Positions 1 through 8,453 of a stretch of DNA of 64,000 nt are shown here, piece after piece. The stretch's first letter is position 1. Every line of letters starts with the position of its first letter. Position numbers and translations under genes: made by a program. The DNA is from Spirochaetaceae bacterium. Lineage in GTDB: Bacteria > Spirochaetota > Spirochaetia > DSM-27196 > SKKC01. The stretch lies in assembly GCA_007128315.1 (NCBI GenBank), contig SKXQ01000056.1, positions 74 through 64,073 on the forward strand, written 5' to 3'. A model generated the notes under the pieces. That model saw only the letters and a list, made by a program, of their open reading frames with translations, did no database searches and had not been told where the DNA came from.

Positions 1-59
1 GTGTTTTAATGAGAAACCGTAGTACAGTACAGGATCTTGCAGAAGATAAGGAGTCGCGT

Positions 60-680
60 ATGAAACGGTTTCTGCTGCTGTGTGTGATGTGTGGTGTGCT
101 TGCTCCGGGTCTCGTCTCCGGAAACAGCCATGACACCCTCGAGGTGCGTTCGGCCCGCCTCGATCTTTCGGTTGGCTACAATCGAAGCCTTGCGCACGGG
201 CATCTGCTGGTGGGTTCCCTTGTTACTGTACCGGCCGATCGCTTCGATCTCGGTGCCGGTGTGCGCGGCTATTTCGGGCTGGGCCACGAGGGACAGTACC
301 TTGCACCGTATCTGCGCGTGGAGTTTCCCGATCTCGTGACGGCCAGCGGCCCCGATGGCTCCGACGAACAGCAGCTTTCCGCATCCCTGTATGTGGGTCT
401 TGGGCCGGTGTTTGTGCTTCGACCGTCCGAGGACATATCCGACAGTCGTGGTGGACTGATGCTTCTCGTCGGGACGCAGGGTCCGATTGCCTACGCCGGA
501 CCCGGGGTGCTTTCGTTTGACGCAGGCATCGAACTGTCGCCGCCGCCGCCGTATCGGGGAGGAACAGATACCGGAGACTCGATCCTCGACGGCATACTCG
601 GGGCCTTTCAGTATTTTCTGGCCGATGGCGGGTATCGCTGGAAAGCGTCCGTCGGTCTGGTGTACTCGTTTCTGTTCTGA
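60..680 (+). CDS. Putative small outer-membrane beta-barrel protein
   Basis: ORF 9..680. The likely start is the ATG at 60, giving the signal peptide MKRFLLLCVMCGVLAPGLVSG. The sequence is Gly/aromatic-rich and ends ...GLVYSFLF, the terminal Phe typical of an OMP beta-signal. No family recognised. Confidence 0.45.
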   Translation: MKRFLLLCVMCGVLAPGLVSGNSHDTLEVRSARLDLSVGYNRSLAHGHLLVGSLVTVPADRFDLGAGVRGYFGLGHEGQYLAPYLRVEFPDLVTASGPDGSDEQQLSASLYVGLGPVFVLRPSEDISDSRGGLMLLVGTQGPIAYAGPGVLSFDAGIELSPPPPYRGGTDTGDSILDGILGAFQYFLADGGYRWKASVGLVYSFLF

Positions 681-730
681 CCGACCCGGATCGATCGAAA
701 AATGCTTAATACATTGTAACACCACTTGAC

Positions 731-757
731 GAAGAGTAATACAAAATAATACTCTTC
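731..757. promoter_or_regulatory. AT-rich inverted repeat upstream of the zinc ABC operon (candidate metalloregulator operator)
   Basis: GAAGAGTA-ATACAAAATAA-TACTCTTC: 8-nt perfect arms with an 11-nt AT-rich spacer. It ends 6 nt before the ATG at 763, in an otherwise GC-rich genome. Confidence 0.3.
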
Positions 758-762
758 GCGGG

Positions 763-1509
763 ATGAACACCGTTGAGCTTGCCGATCTTCACTTCAGTTA
801 CCCCGGAGTACCCGTATTTCAGGGTGTTTCACTCACGGTTTCCGGAGGTGGACTGACTCAGATAGTCGGTCCGAACGGCGGAGGGAAAACCACCTTCGCC
901 CGTCTGCTTCTGGGCCTGCTGAAACCTCACGCAGGGTCGGTGCGTGTACTCGGCCTCACACCGGCAAACGCACAACAGCGAACCGGGTACGTCCCGCAGC
1001 ACAGCCTGTACGATCCGCAGTTTCCGGCTGTCGTCAGCGAGGTTGTCATGACCGGCAGGTTGACCGGACGATTCGGCCTGTACTCGCGCGAAGACCGCGG
1101 CGAAGTCGATCGTGTTCTTGACGACCTCGATATTGCTGACCTCAGGAAGCGCACCTTTTCCGAGCTTTCAGGCGGGCAGCGTCAGCGGGTGCTTCTCGCT
1201 CGAGCGCTGGTCAGCAATCCGGAACTACTCATTCTCGATGAGCCGACGGCAAACATTGACCGGGTGTCGGCGCGTCGTCTTGAAGGTCTGGTAGCCGGCC
1301 TCAAACAGAAGCTTGATGTGCTTTTGATTACCCACGACTTCGACTTCCTCTCCGAACAGGTCGATCGCGTCATGTGCGTGAACCGGGCAATACACATTCA
1401 TAAACGGAACGACCTTTCAACAGACGACATGCACCGCCTGTTCAGTGGCCACCTGCACGATCTCGGGGTTACGGCTGCTGTGGGCACCGATACGGGGGCC
1501 CCGGTATGA
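763..1509 (+). CDS. Metal (zinc-type) ABC transporter ATP-binding protein, ZnuC/AztA-like
   Basis: Walker A GPNGGGKT, signature LSGGQRQR, Walker B LLILDEP. At 248 aa it is the size of cluster A-I metal importer ATPases. ATGA overlap with the permease at 1506. Confidence 0.9.
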   Translation: MNTVELADLHFSYPGVPVFQGVSLTVSGGGLTQIVGPNGGGKTTFARLLLGLLKPHAGSVRVLGLTPANAQQRTGYVPQHSLYDPQFPAVVSEVVMTGRLTGRFGLYSREDRGEVDRVLDDLDIADLRKRTFSELSGGQRQRVLLARALVSNPELLILDEPTANIDRVSARRLEGLVAGLKQKLDVLLITHDFDFLSEQVDRVMCVNRAIHIHKRNDLSTDDMHRLFSGHLHDLGVTAAVGTDTGAPV

Positions 1510-2360
1510 TCGAGTTTGTCGAAGCGGTTTTCAGTGCCCAGGTTCCCTTTATTCGATTCGCGCTCATAGCAGGTCTGGTGTCAGCGCCCGCCTTCGGCGT
1601 CGTCGGGTCGTATGTGGTCGTAAACCGTGTCAGCTACCTCGCCGGAGCCATATCGCACTCTGTGCTCGGCGGCATCGGTATAAGCCTGTACCTGCGTTTT
1701 GCACACGGGACTGAGTGGTTCACTCCCTTCTGGGGAGCGTTCGTCGCGGCAATGATTTCCGCACTTGTGGTCAGCTGGGCTTCCAGCAAAGGAAAGCAGC
1801 GGACCGACTCGGCCATAAGCACAGTATGGGCGCTCGGCACCGCGATCGGTGTCATATTCATCGTTCGCACGCCCACCTTTGTCGATCCCATGGCATACCT
1901 CTTTGGAAACATTCTCCTGCTCTCTCCGCAGGATCTCTGGGGCATCATTGTACTTGATGTCATCATTGTCGTTTCAGCGGTCTTTCTGTACCCGCAGCTG
2001 TTTGCAGTGAGTTTCGACCCCGAATTTGCGACGGTACGTGGAGTTGCCGTTCAGCGGCACATTACGTTCCTGCTGCTGCTGACCGGGGCAACCGTGGTGC
2101 TCATGGTGACCACCGTTGGAATCGTTCTCGTTATTACGCTTCTGACGCTTCCGGCGGCTACTGCCGGATACTTTGCCCGTTCGCTCAAAGGACTCATGAT
2201 ACTCGCATCGGTGTTTTCTGCCGTGTTTTCGGTCGCAGGCATCGCTTTGAGTTACATATACGATCTGCCGAGTGGCGCAGGGATCGTTCTATTCACTATC
2301 GCAGGATACGTACTCGCGTGGCTGTATTCACGCGTTCGGGAACAGGGTGCGCGGGCCTGA
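1506..2360 (+). CDS. Metal ABC transporter permease, ABC-3 family (ZnuB/AztB-like)
   Basis: 284 aa, polytopic and hydrophobic throughout, translationally coupled to the upstream ATPase. Typical ZnuB/TroC-like length and context. Confidence 0.85.
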   Translation: MIEFVEAVFSAQVPFIRFALIAGLVSAPAFGVVGSYVVVNRVSYLAGAISHSVLGGIGISLYLRFAHGTEWFTPFWGAFVAAMISALVVSWASSKGKQRTDSAISTVWALGTAIGVIFIVRTPTFVDPMAYLFGNILLLSPQDLWGIIVLDVIIVVSAVFLYPQLFAVSFDPEFATVRGVAVQRHITFLLLLTGATVVLMVTTVGIVLVITLLTLPAATAGYFARSLKGLMILASVFSAVFSVAGIALSYIYDLPSGAGIVLFTIAGYVLAWLYSRVREQGARA

Positions 2361-2396
2361 CGCCGGCACACAATCTACACATAAGAGGAGGTCTTT

Positions 2397-3668
2397 ATGA
2401 CTGCTTTCAGGAAGGTGCGGGGAATTCTCGCTATACTCGCGGCAACGTTCTTTCTCGCCGCATGTGCGACAGGACACGATCATGATCACGACCATGACCA
2501 TGACCATGACCACGGTCACGGGCATCACGATGATCATGACCACGGTCACGGGCACGAGCACAACGACGGCCGTATTATTATCGGGTTCAACAGCGGCACG
2601 GTCGCGATTCTCGATGCGCACGACGGTGACGTAGAAGCTGTGTTCGAGCAGCTGCTCCCGGCTGGTGGTCTGGCGGTTTACTCGAATGACAGTGGCGAGT
2701 TCGGATACGTGTTCAACCGTGCCGAGTCCATGGTCGCAGTCATAGACAGCGGGCAGAAACTCGTGGAGCACGACGGTCACATGGATCTGGTTTTCGAAGA
2801 CATTGATGTCCTCGGGTTCATTCAGAACGGAGTCCTTCCGACTCACTTCACGACGACCGTGGGACGAACGGGCATCTACAACGACGGGTCCGGCAATATC
2901 ACCGTCATTGACGAGAGTCTGCTTCGAACCGACTTCAACGCCGCGCTGTCCATGGTACCCGCACACGAAGACCACGGTGCCCCGGTCCTGCTCGGCGATC
3001 GCCTCCTCGTCGGCTATGTCCGGCAGCCGCACATCGAAATGCTCAGCTACGACGGAGAACTCCTCGGCACCTTCCCCGGGATTTCCCGGGCCCACGGGCA
3101 GGACCGGGTCGGCCGGTTTACCGCCTTTGGTGCAGTCGAAGGTGTCATGATCGTTACCCAGACCGGTTCAAACTTTGAAGCGGCCATGGTCACGAATCCT
3201 TCCGGGACACCCGAAGGCGTGCGCACCGGAACCGTCTACGGACATCCCTCGCTTCCGCACTTCGTAGGAAATCTTGGAGTTGGTCTCGTCGCGGTGAACC
3301 CTGAAACACTCACCAGCACCCGCCACGAGGTTCCATCGCAGCCCTGGCGCTTCGGTATCGACCGGTCCGGCCATTATGTCGTCGTCCTCGGTCGAAGCGG
3401 AAGTGTATACGTGCTTGATTCCGGGTCTTTCGAGCTTCATGCCACAATTCCGGTAGTCGACGCACACGATCCGGACGCTGCCGCCGGAACTCCAATACCG
3501 TCACTCACTCTCGGTCGACGGGTTGCGTACGTCAGCAATCCTGCTGACAATACCGTCGTGGAGATCGATCTGAGCCACGGTGAGGCCGAGCATACCTTCG
3601 CGCTTGATCAGGCTCACGGTACGGTTACGTCCATTGCCATCATGATCACTGACGGAGCTATTCACTGA
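2397..3668 (+). CDS. His/Asp-rich lipoprotein with beta-propeller-like body, AztD-like periplasmic zinc chaperone candidate
   Basis: Lipobox FFLAAC (Cys23). A 29-residue run HDHDHDHDHDHDHGHGHHDDHDHGHGHEH follows. The remaining ~370 aa are beta-rich with repeated ...GxxYVxxxxxxxVxVID... blades. The gene sits between the permease and the SBP of a zinc-type ABC operon, as aztD does in azt operons. Confidence 0.65.
   Translation: MTAFRKVRGILAILAATFFLAACATGHDHDHDHDHDHDHGHGHHDDHDHGHGHEHNDGRIIIGFNSGTVAILDAHDGDVEAVFEQLLPAGGLAVYSNDSGEFGYVFNRAESMVAVIDSGQKLVEHDGHMDLVFEDIDVLGFIQNGVLPTHFTTTVGRTGIYNDGSGNITVIDESLLRTDFNAALSMVPAHEDHGAPVLLGDRLLVGYVRQPHIEMLSYDGELLGTFPGISRAHGQDRVGRFTAFGAVEGVMIVTQTGSNFEAAMVTNPSGTPEGVRTGTVYGHPSLPHFVGNLGVGLVAVNPETLTSTRHEVPSQPWRFGIDRSGHYVVVLGRSGSVYVLDSGSFELHATIPVVDAHDPDAAAGTPIPSLTLGRRVAYVSNPADNTVVEIDLSHGEAEHTFALDQAHGTVTSIAIMITDGAIH
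2475..2561 (+). repeat. Coding CAY/GAY (His-Asp) microsatellite-like repeat with a 20-nt exact duplication
   Basis: Runs of catgac/cacgat hexamers. catgaccacggtcacgggca occurs twice, at 2505-2524 and 2535-2554 (30-nt period). Encodes the His-rich tract of the lipoprotein. Confidence 0.8.
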
Positions 3669-4579
3669 TGCCCTGCCGCACCCGAATCGTTAGTGTTGCA
3701 GCAGCCTTTTTTCTGTTCCTTTCTGCGGTCGCCGGCTTTGCCGGTGGCCGGCAGGAGACTCGTTCTCGTGACGGCGTCATTGAAGTGTATGCGAGTGTGG
3801 CTCCACAGGCCGACATGATTCAGCGCATAGGTGGTGATCACGTATCGATTGGCATACTGATAGGTCCGGGTCAGGACGCGCACACCTTCGATCCGTCGCC
3901 GCGTCAGATCGAGCGCCTCGGTCGTTCCGAAATTCTTTTCGTTTCCGGACTCGAGTATGAGTTCAACATTGTCCAGGCACTCAGACGTTCCGCACCTGGT
4001 GTCCGTATCGTCGAGCTCTTTGACGGTATAGAGCTCAGAGAGATCGAACGGCACTGGGTGAATCCTGATGCGGCGCACAGTCACGATAACGAACCGGGAG
4101 ATCCGCACATCTGGCTCGGGTTCAATGAAACGCGTGTGCAGGCGCGTCATATACGCGATGCGCTGACCGAAGCGCGGCCTCACTTTGCAGCAGACTTCGA
4201 ACAGGGTTATCAGGATATGCTCGCGCTCGTAGACGAGATCGAGCAGGAGGTCGAAGAGCTTCTTGGACACCTGAGGGGTAGAAGCGTCATGGTGTATCAT
4301 CCAGCGTTCGGATACATGCTCGACCACTTCGATATCAGGCAGCTGAGCATCGAGGCCGGGGGGCGCGAACCGAGTCCGCGTCAGCTTCGTGTTGCGATCG
4401 AGGAGGCCCTCGCCGCTGGCATCAGCATAATCTTTACACAGCCTGAATACGATGATGTGGCCAGTCGATCGGTCGCCCGTGCAGTCGGAGCGAGAACGGA
4501 AGTTGTGACCGACCTCGGTTCTGACTGGCCCGAGCTCATGAGAAGCATCTCATTGCAGTTTTCTCAGGAAGGCAGATAG
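3668..4579 (+). CDS. Periplasmic metal-binding protein, cluster A-I SBP (ZnuA/AztC/TroA family)
   Basis: Signal/anchor VAAAFFLFLSAVAGFAGG. Ligand motifs QDAHTFDP, GDPHIWLG and YHPAFGY, i.e. three His as in zinc-specific members. A short His/acidic loop (HWVNPDAAHSHDNEPGD) replaces the long ZnuA His loop. Confidence 0.9.
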   Translation: MPCRTRIVSVAAAFFLFLSAVAGFAGGRQETRSRDGVIEVYASVAPQADMIQRIGGDHVSIGILIGPGQDAHTFDPSPRQIERLGRSEILFVSGLEYEFNIVQALRRSAPGVRIVELFDGIELREIERHWVNPDAAHSHDNEPGDPHIWLGFNETRVQARHIRDALTEARPHFAADFEQGYQDMLALVDEIEQEVEELLGHLRGRSVMVYHPAFGYMLDHFDIRQLSIEAGGREPSPRQLRVAIEEALAAGISIIFTQPEYDDVASRSVARAVGARTEVVTDLGSDWPELMRSISLQFSQEGR

Positions 4580-4585
4580 TTTTCC

Positions 4586-5986
4586 ATGAAGCGTGTCCCG
4601 CACCAGCGGGACGTGCTATATTTCGAGTCCATGAAATGGACACGGAAATATCGGGCGATTACAGACGGCACTTCAAAAGCCTGGGAGACTGATGCCTCGT
4701 GGCACGACGGTCGCATTACACCGATACGGCGGTACGCGCTGGTCGGAGTGGTGTTCGGAATTCTGTGGATCGTGGCTGTTGGTGCCTTTGCTGCAACGGT
4801 CGTTATCGGCGCCGAAGAACCAGTTGGTCTCGTTACGCTTCTGTTTCTGGGTCCCGGAATATACATTCTGATCCGATCCCTGCGTCGATTTCTCGTTGAG
4901 AAGAAGTATCCTCACGTACACCTGAAACCCTCACGGATTCCGGTTGCCCCCGGCGACCGCCTTGAATGTGTTCTGTATTCCGGCGCTGATCCGGCCCGGT
5001 TCAGCGCATCTGACGTTACGTTCAGCATACGAGTTACCGCAAACAAGTGGGTCGAACAATCAACGGCGAGCGACCGCAGCGGCCCGCGGAAGCGTCGGTA
5101 CGTTTTGTGGGAGAAGACCATCACGGTAGCGTCTGTCAGTGGGGTCTCGGAGTTCGGATCCGCTCTTGTCGCGCGTTTTGGCATGGACCTGCCCGGGGAA
5201 CAGGAGCCGACGAGCCGGCTTCCAGGAAGCGTAAGCTATGACTGGCGCATGGAGGTTGATGCCCGCGAAGACCTTCCCGGGTACACGTATGAGTTCACGC
5301 TTCCGGTTTTCGATACCCGCAGCGCTGGCGAGCGGGCGGATGACGCGCTCGGAACCGTAACGCCGCTCGACAATGTTTCTGCGGGTCGTGGCGAAGTACC
5401 ACCGGCACCCGACTCGCCGGTCGCACGGGGAGATCTTGAGGGTCTTCGGGCATATCTGCAGGAAATGCACGATCAGCGACACGAGCTCGATGGGCGAGCG
5501 ATAGTACACCGCCTGTTTCGAGGTCTTGTCCCGCACACCACTCTGCAGCGGAACGGCGACGCGGCGGTAAGCGTCGTGCACGTTAAAGGCGATCCTTCGG
5601 TAAGAACCGTCCGCAGGCTGCTGGCACTCACAGCGTTCCTGCTGGCATTTTTCCTGGCAGGCCCTCCGACACTGCTGTTCCTGATCGTATGGCTTGTTCT
5701 GGTCTTCATGGGACGCGCGGCAAAACCGGCAGCAATTGCGGTTCATGGCGATCAGAGTGGCCTGCAGATTGACGAGATTCGGGGAAAGAAGACGCGCTCT
5801 GAACGGTACGAATGGTCGAGCATTGGTATGATTACCGACACGAAATTTTCCATGTTCTACGAAGACATCATGCTGCCGCGCCCCGGACGCGCAACGGCAA
5901 CGCTTGGCGTCCGTATTCCCTCGAAACGCGAGGCCGAAGGAATCGCTGCGGCGATCGAGTCGGTCAAGGATCGCTACCGGGCATGA
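4586..5986 (+). CDS. Hypothetical membrane protein (2+2 TM segments, central beta-rich domain, C-terminal PH-like region)
   Basis: 466-aa ORF starting 6 nt after the SBP stop. Hydrophobic pairs at ~aa 50-95 and ~aa 365-395. No recognisable family. The start is uncertain (alternative ATG at 4631). Confidence 0.55.
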   Translation: MKRVPHQRDVLYFESMKWTRKYRAITDGTSKAWETDASWHDGRITPIRRYALVGVVFGILWIVAVGAFAATVVIGAEEPVGLVTLLFLGPGIYILIRSLRRFLVEKKYPHVHLKPSRIPVAPGDRLECVLYSGADPARFSASDVTFSIRVTANKWVEQSTASDRSGPRKRRYVLWEKTITVASVSGVSEFGSALVARFGMDLPGEQEPTSRLPGSVSYDWRMEVDAREDLPGYTYEFTLPVFDTRSAGERADDALGTVTPLDNVSAGRGEVPPAPDSPVARGDLEGLRAYLQEMHDQRHELDGRAIVHRLFRGLVPHTTLQRNGDAAVSVVHVKGDPSVRTVRRLLALTAFLLAFFLAGPPTLLFLIVWLVLVFMGRAAKPAAIAVHGDQSGLQIDEIRGKKTRSERYEWSSIGMITDTKFSMFYEDIMLPRPGRATATLGVRIPSKREAEGIAAAIESVKDRYRA

Positions 5987-8442
5987 CAGAACGGAGACGT
6001 GACACCGTGAAACCGATGGTACAGGATCTGCTGCAAGTCCTGACTCTCGAAGAAAAGGCTTCCCTCTGCTCGGGCAGGGACTTCTGGAATCTCAAAGGTA
6101 TACCCGAAAAAGGCGTGCCATCGGTTCTGGTGACTGACGGTCCGCATGGACTTCGAAAACAGGCCGGAGACGCCGATCATCCTGGTTTGAACACAAGTGT
6201 TCCTGCCACGTGTTTCCCGACAGCGGCCGGTCTTGCTGCGACCTGGAACGAAGCACTTGTTGAGCAGATCGGGCAGGCGCTCGGGAGAGAAAGCCGCCAC
6301 CACAAGGTTGCGGTCATCCTCGGTCCCGGTGCCAATATCAAGAGGTCGCCGCTGTGCGGGCGCAATTTCGAGTATTTCTCCGAGGACCCCTTCCTTACAG
6401 GCCGGATGGCTGCGGCTCACATACGGGGGGTGCAGTCCCAGGGGGTAGGGACGTCGCTGAAACACTTTGCCGTGAATAATCAGGAGCGCCGGCGCATGAC
6501 GATCGATGCGATTGTCGACGAACGGGCAATGCGCGAGGTCTATCTTTCAGGCTTCGAGTATGCCGTCAAAGACGCGCAGCCTGCGACGGTCATGTGCGCG
6601 TACAATCGCCTGAACGGAACGTACTGCAGCGAGCATCGTGAGCTTCTGCAAAACATTCTCAAGGACGAATGGGCTTTCGATGGTCTGGTCGTCACTGACT
6701 GGGGTGCTGCGAATGATCGCGTCGAGGGGCTCAAGGCAGGTCTCGACCTGGAGATGCCGGGTAACAGAGGGGTGACCGACGCCCTGATCGTGGCAGCCGT
6801 CAGGAACGGACAACTCGACGAACAGGTCGTTAACGAGGCGGTTTCGCGTATTCTGTCTGTGATTCTGCCGGCAGCAGCGACACTCGAAGATGCGGTGGAC
6901 TGTGACTACAATGAGCATCACGCACTCGCACGGAAGGCTGCTGCACAGTCGGTCGTCCTGCTCAAGAATGAAAACGATACTCTGCCGGTCAGCGATACCC
7001 GGCAGTCGATCGCCGTGATCGGGGCGTTTGCGAAAGACCCACGCTATCAGGGCGCAGGCAGCTCGCTCATTAATCCCACGCGCGTCGACACTGCCTGGGA
7101 CGCAATACAGGAGTACGTGAGCGTGTCCCGGCTGCGCTATGCACCCGGTTACGAGATCAGCGGGGAACGCCGGAGTCAGAAACTCATAGACGAGGCCTGT
7201 GCCGTGGCTCGCGAGACGGACTGTGTTCTGCTGTTCGCGGGCCTGCCGGATTCCTTCGAATCGGAAGGCTTTGACCGTGCACATCTCGATCTTCCCGAGT
7301 CGCACACCGCGCTTATTCGCGCAGTGGCGGCAGTCAATTCCAACACAACAGTCATTCTCTCAAACGGGGCGCCGGTTGTCATGCCCTGGCTGTCCGATGT
7401 TCCAGCGGTCCTCGAGAGCTACCTTGGAGGGCAGGCCTGCGGCGGCGGAATCGCTGACGTGCTCTTTGGTGCGGTGAACCCCTCGGGCCGGCTCGCAGAG
7501 ACCTTCCCTGCCGCACTGGACGACGTCAGCAGCAGCCCGAACTTTCCTGGTGGGACTGCAGCAGTCGTGTACGCCGAGTCGGTCTACGTCGGGTATCGTT
7601 ATCACACGACCGGAGGTCCCGAACCGCTGTTTCCCTTCGGTTACGGACTGAGCTACACACGCTTTGCATACCGTGATCTGAGTATCGTTCGACAGAATGA
7701 TGATACGTACGAGATTACGTGTGTGGTTACCAATACGGGTGAAGTAGCCGGCGCGGAGGTCGTGCAACTGTACGTGAGAGACGTCGAGTCGTCGGTTTTC
7801 CGACCCGACCGGGAACTCAAGGGCTTCGCTCGTATCAAGCTGAAACCGGGTAAAAGCGGTACCGTGCGCTTGAAACTGGACCGCCGGGCGTTTTCCTTCT
7901 GGGATACCGGATCAGAGCGATGGACCCTTGAAGCGGGTACCTTCGAGATTCTTGTCGGGGCATCGTCTGCGGATATCCGTCTGAATGGAACTGTCGATAT
8001 TACGACCGGTGACGCCGTGTCTGACTGGGCCCGCGAGCAGAAAGAGCGCGTACCCGGCTATTTCCGGCCAACTCCCGCGCTCTTCTCCGGAACGGGGATC
8101 GGGAGCGAGTTCGAGAAGGTGCTCGGTCGCCCGGTTCCGGCGGTGAACAGAGTTGGTCGGCGACATTTCACGAGAACGTCAACTCTCGAAGACATACGCA
8201 GTACCTGGTTCGGATCGTATCTTCGCCGCAGCTTCCTGAGAAAGGTGCGCGACTCGGCCGCGCCCGATGCTGACGAGCGGAACGTTCGCATGATGCAGGC
8301 TGTCGTCAACGAAATGCCGCTTCGAAATCTTGGAATGATGAGCGACGGAAAAGTGCCCCCCGAAACTGTTGACGGTATCGTCGACATCCTCAACGGGCGT
8401 ATCTTTCGCGGTGTGCGCCGGATCCGGAGCACGCGACGCTGA
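5983..8442 (+). CDS. Glycoside hydrolase family 3 beta-glucosidase (BglX-like)
   Basis: Motifs LTLEEKASLCSG, GPHGLRKQ, KHFAVNNQE and VVTDWGA (nucleophile Asp), then an FnIII-like domain (VVQLYVRD). Start chosen at the ATG 5983, which overlaps the upstream stop (ATGA). The ORF-track start at 5812 lies inside the previous gene. Confidence 0.9.
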   Translation: MTERRRDTVKPMVQDLLQVLTLEEKASLCSGRDFWNLKGIPEKGVPSVLVTDGPHGLRKQAGDADHPGLNTSVPATCFPTAAGLAATWNEALVEQIGQALGRESRHHKVAVILGPGANIKRSPLCGRNFEYFSEDPFLTGRMAAAHIRGVQSQGVGTSLKHFAVNNQERRRMTIDAIVDERAMREVYLSGFEYAVKDAQPATVMCAYNRLNGTYCSEHRELLQNILKDEWAFDGLVVTDWGAANDRVEGLKAGLDLEMPGNRGVTDALIVAAVRNGQLDEQVVNEAVSRILSVILPAAATLEDAVDCDYNEHHALARKAAAQSVVLLKNENDTLPVSDTRQSIAVIGAFAKDPRYQGAGSSLINPTRVDTAWDAIQEYVSVSRLRYAPGYEISGERRSQKLIDEACAVARETDCVLLFAGLPDSFESEGFDRAHLDLPESHTALIRAVAAVNSNTTVILSNGAPVVMPWLSDVPAVLESYLGGQACGGGIADVLFGAVNPSGRLAETFPAALDDVSSSPNFPGGTAAVVYAESVYVGYRYHTTGGPEPLFPFGYGLSYTRFAYRDLSIVRQNDDTYEITCVVTNTGEVAGAEVVQLYVRDVESSVFRPDRELKGFARIKLKPGKSGTVRLKLDRRAFSFWDTGSERWTLEAGTFEILVGASSADIRLNGTVDITTGDAVSDWAREQKERVPGYFRPTPALFSGTGIGSEFEKVLGRPVPAVNRVGRRHFTRTSTLEDIRSTWFGSYLRRSFLRKVRDSAAPDADERNVRMMQAVVNEMPLRNLGMMSDGKVPPETVDGIVDILNGRIFRGVRRIRSTRR

Positions 8443-8453
8443 GGGTCTGACTC

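Noticed and set aside
2475-2561. Tandem repeats that could be mistaken for a non-coding microsatellite or a mini CRISPR-like array.
   Set aside because: The repeat is in frame inside a long ORF and encodes a His/Asp tract. There is no spacer/repeat architecture and no cas genes in the window.
5812-5982. N-terminal extensions given by the ORF track for several genes: 5812 (GH3), 9 (OM barrel), 11438 (VOC), 17084 (BamE-like), 20846 (AKR), 21883 (SAF oxidoreductase), 23160 (heparinase-like), 27243 (EEP), 29051 (MBL), 34575 (ATPase), 39900 (LacI), 47487 (MaoC), 48640 (FabI), 48732 (CDP-alcohol PT), 52563 (RND adaptor), 59889 (HK), 62011 (M20), 62934 and 63991 (ATPases).
   Set aside because: The extensions overlap the preceding gene or a hairpin. 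They also lack homology-like sequence. Internal ATG/GTG codons that give 4- or 8-nt overlaps, an RBS or a signal peptide at the N-terminus are better starts.
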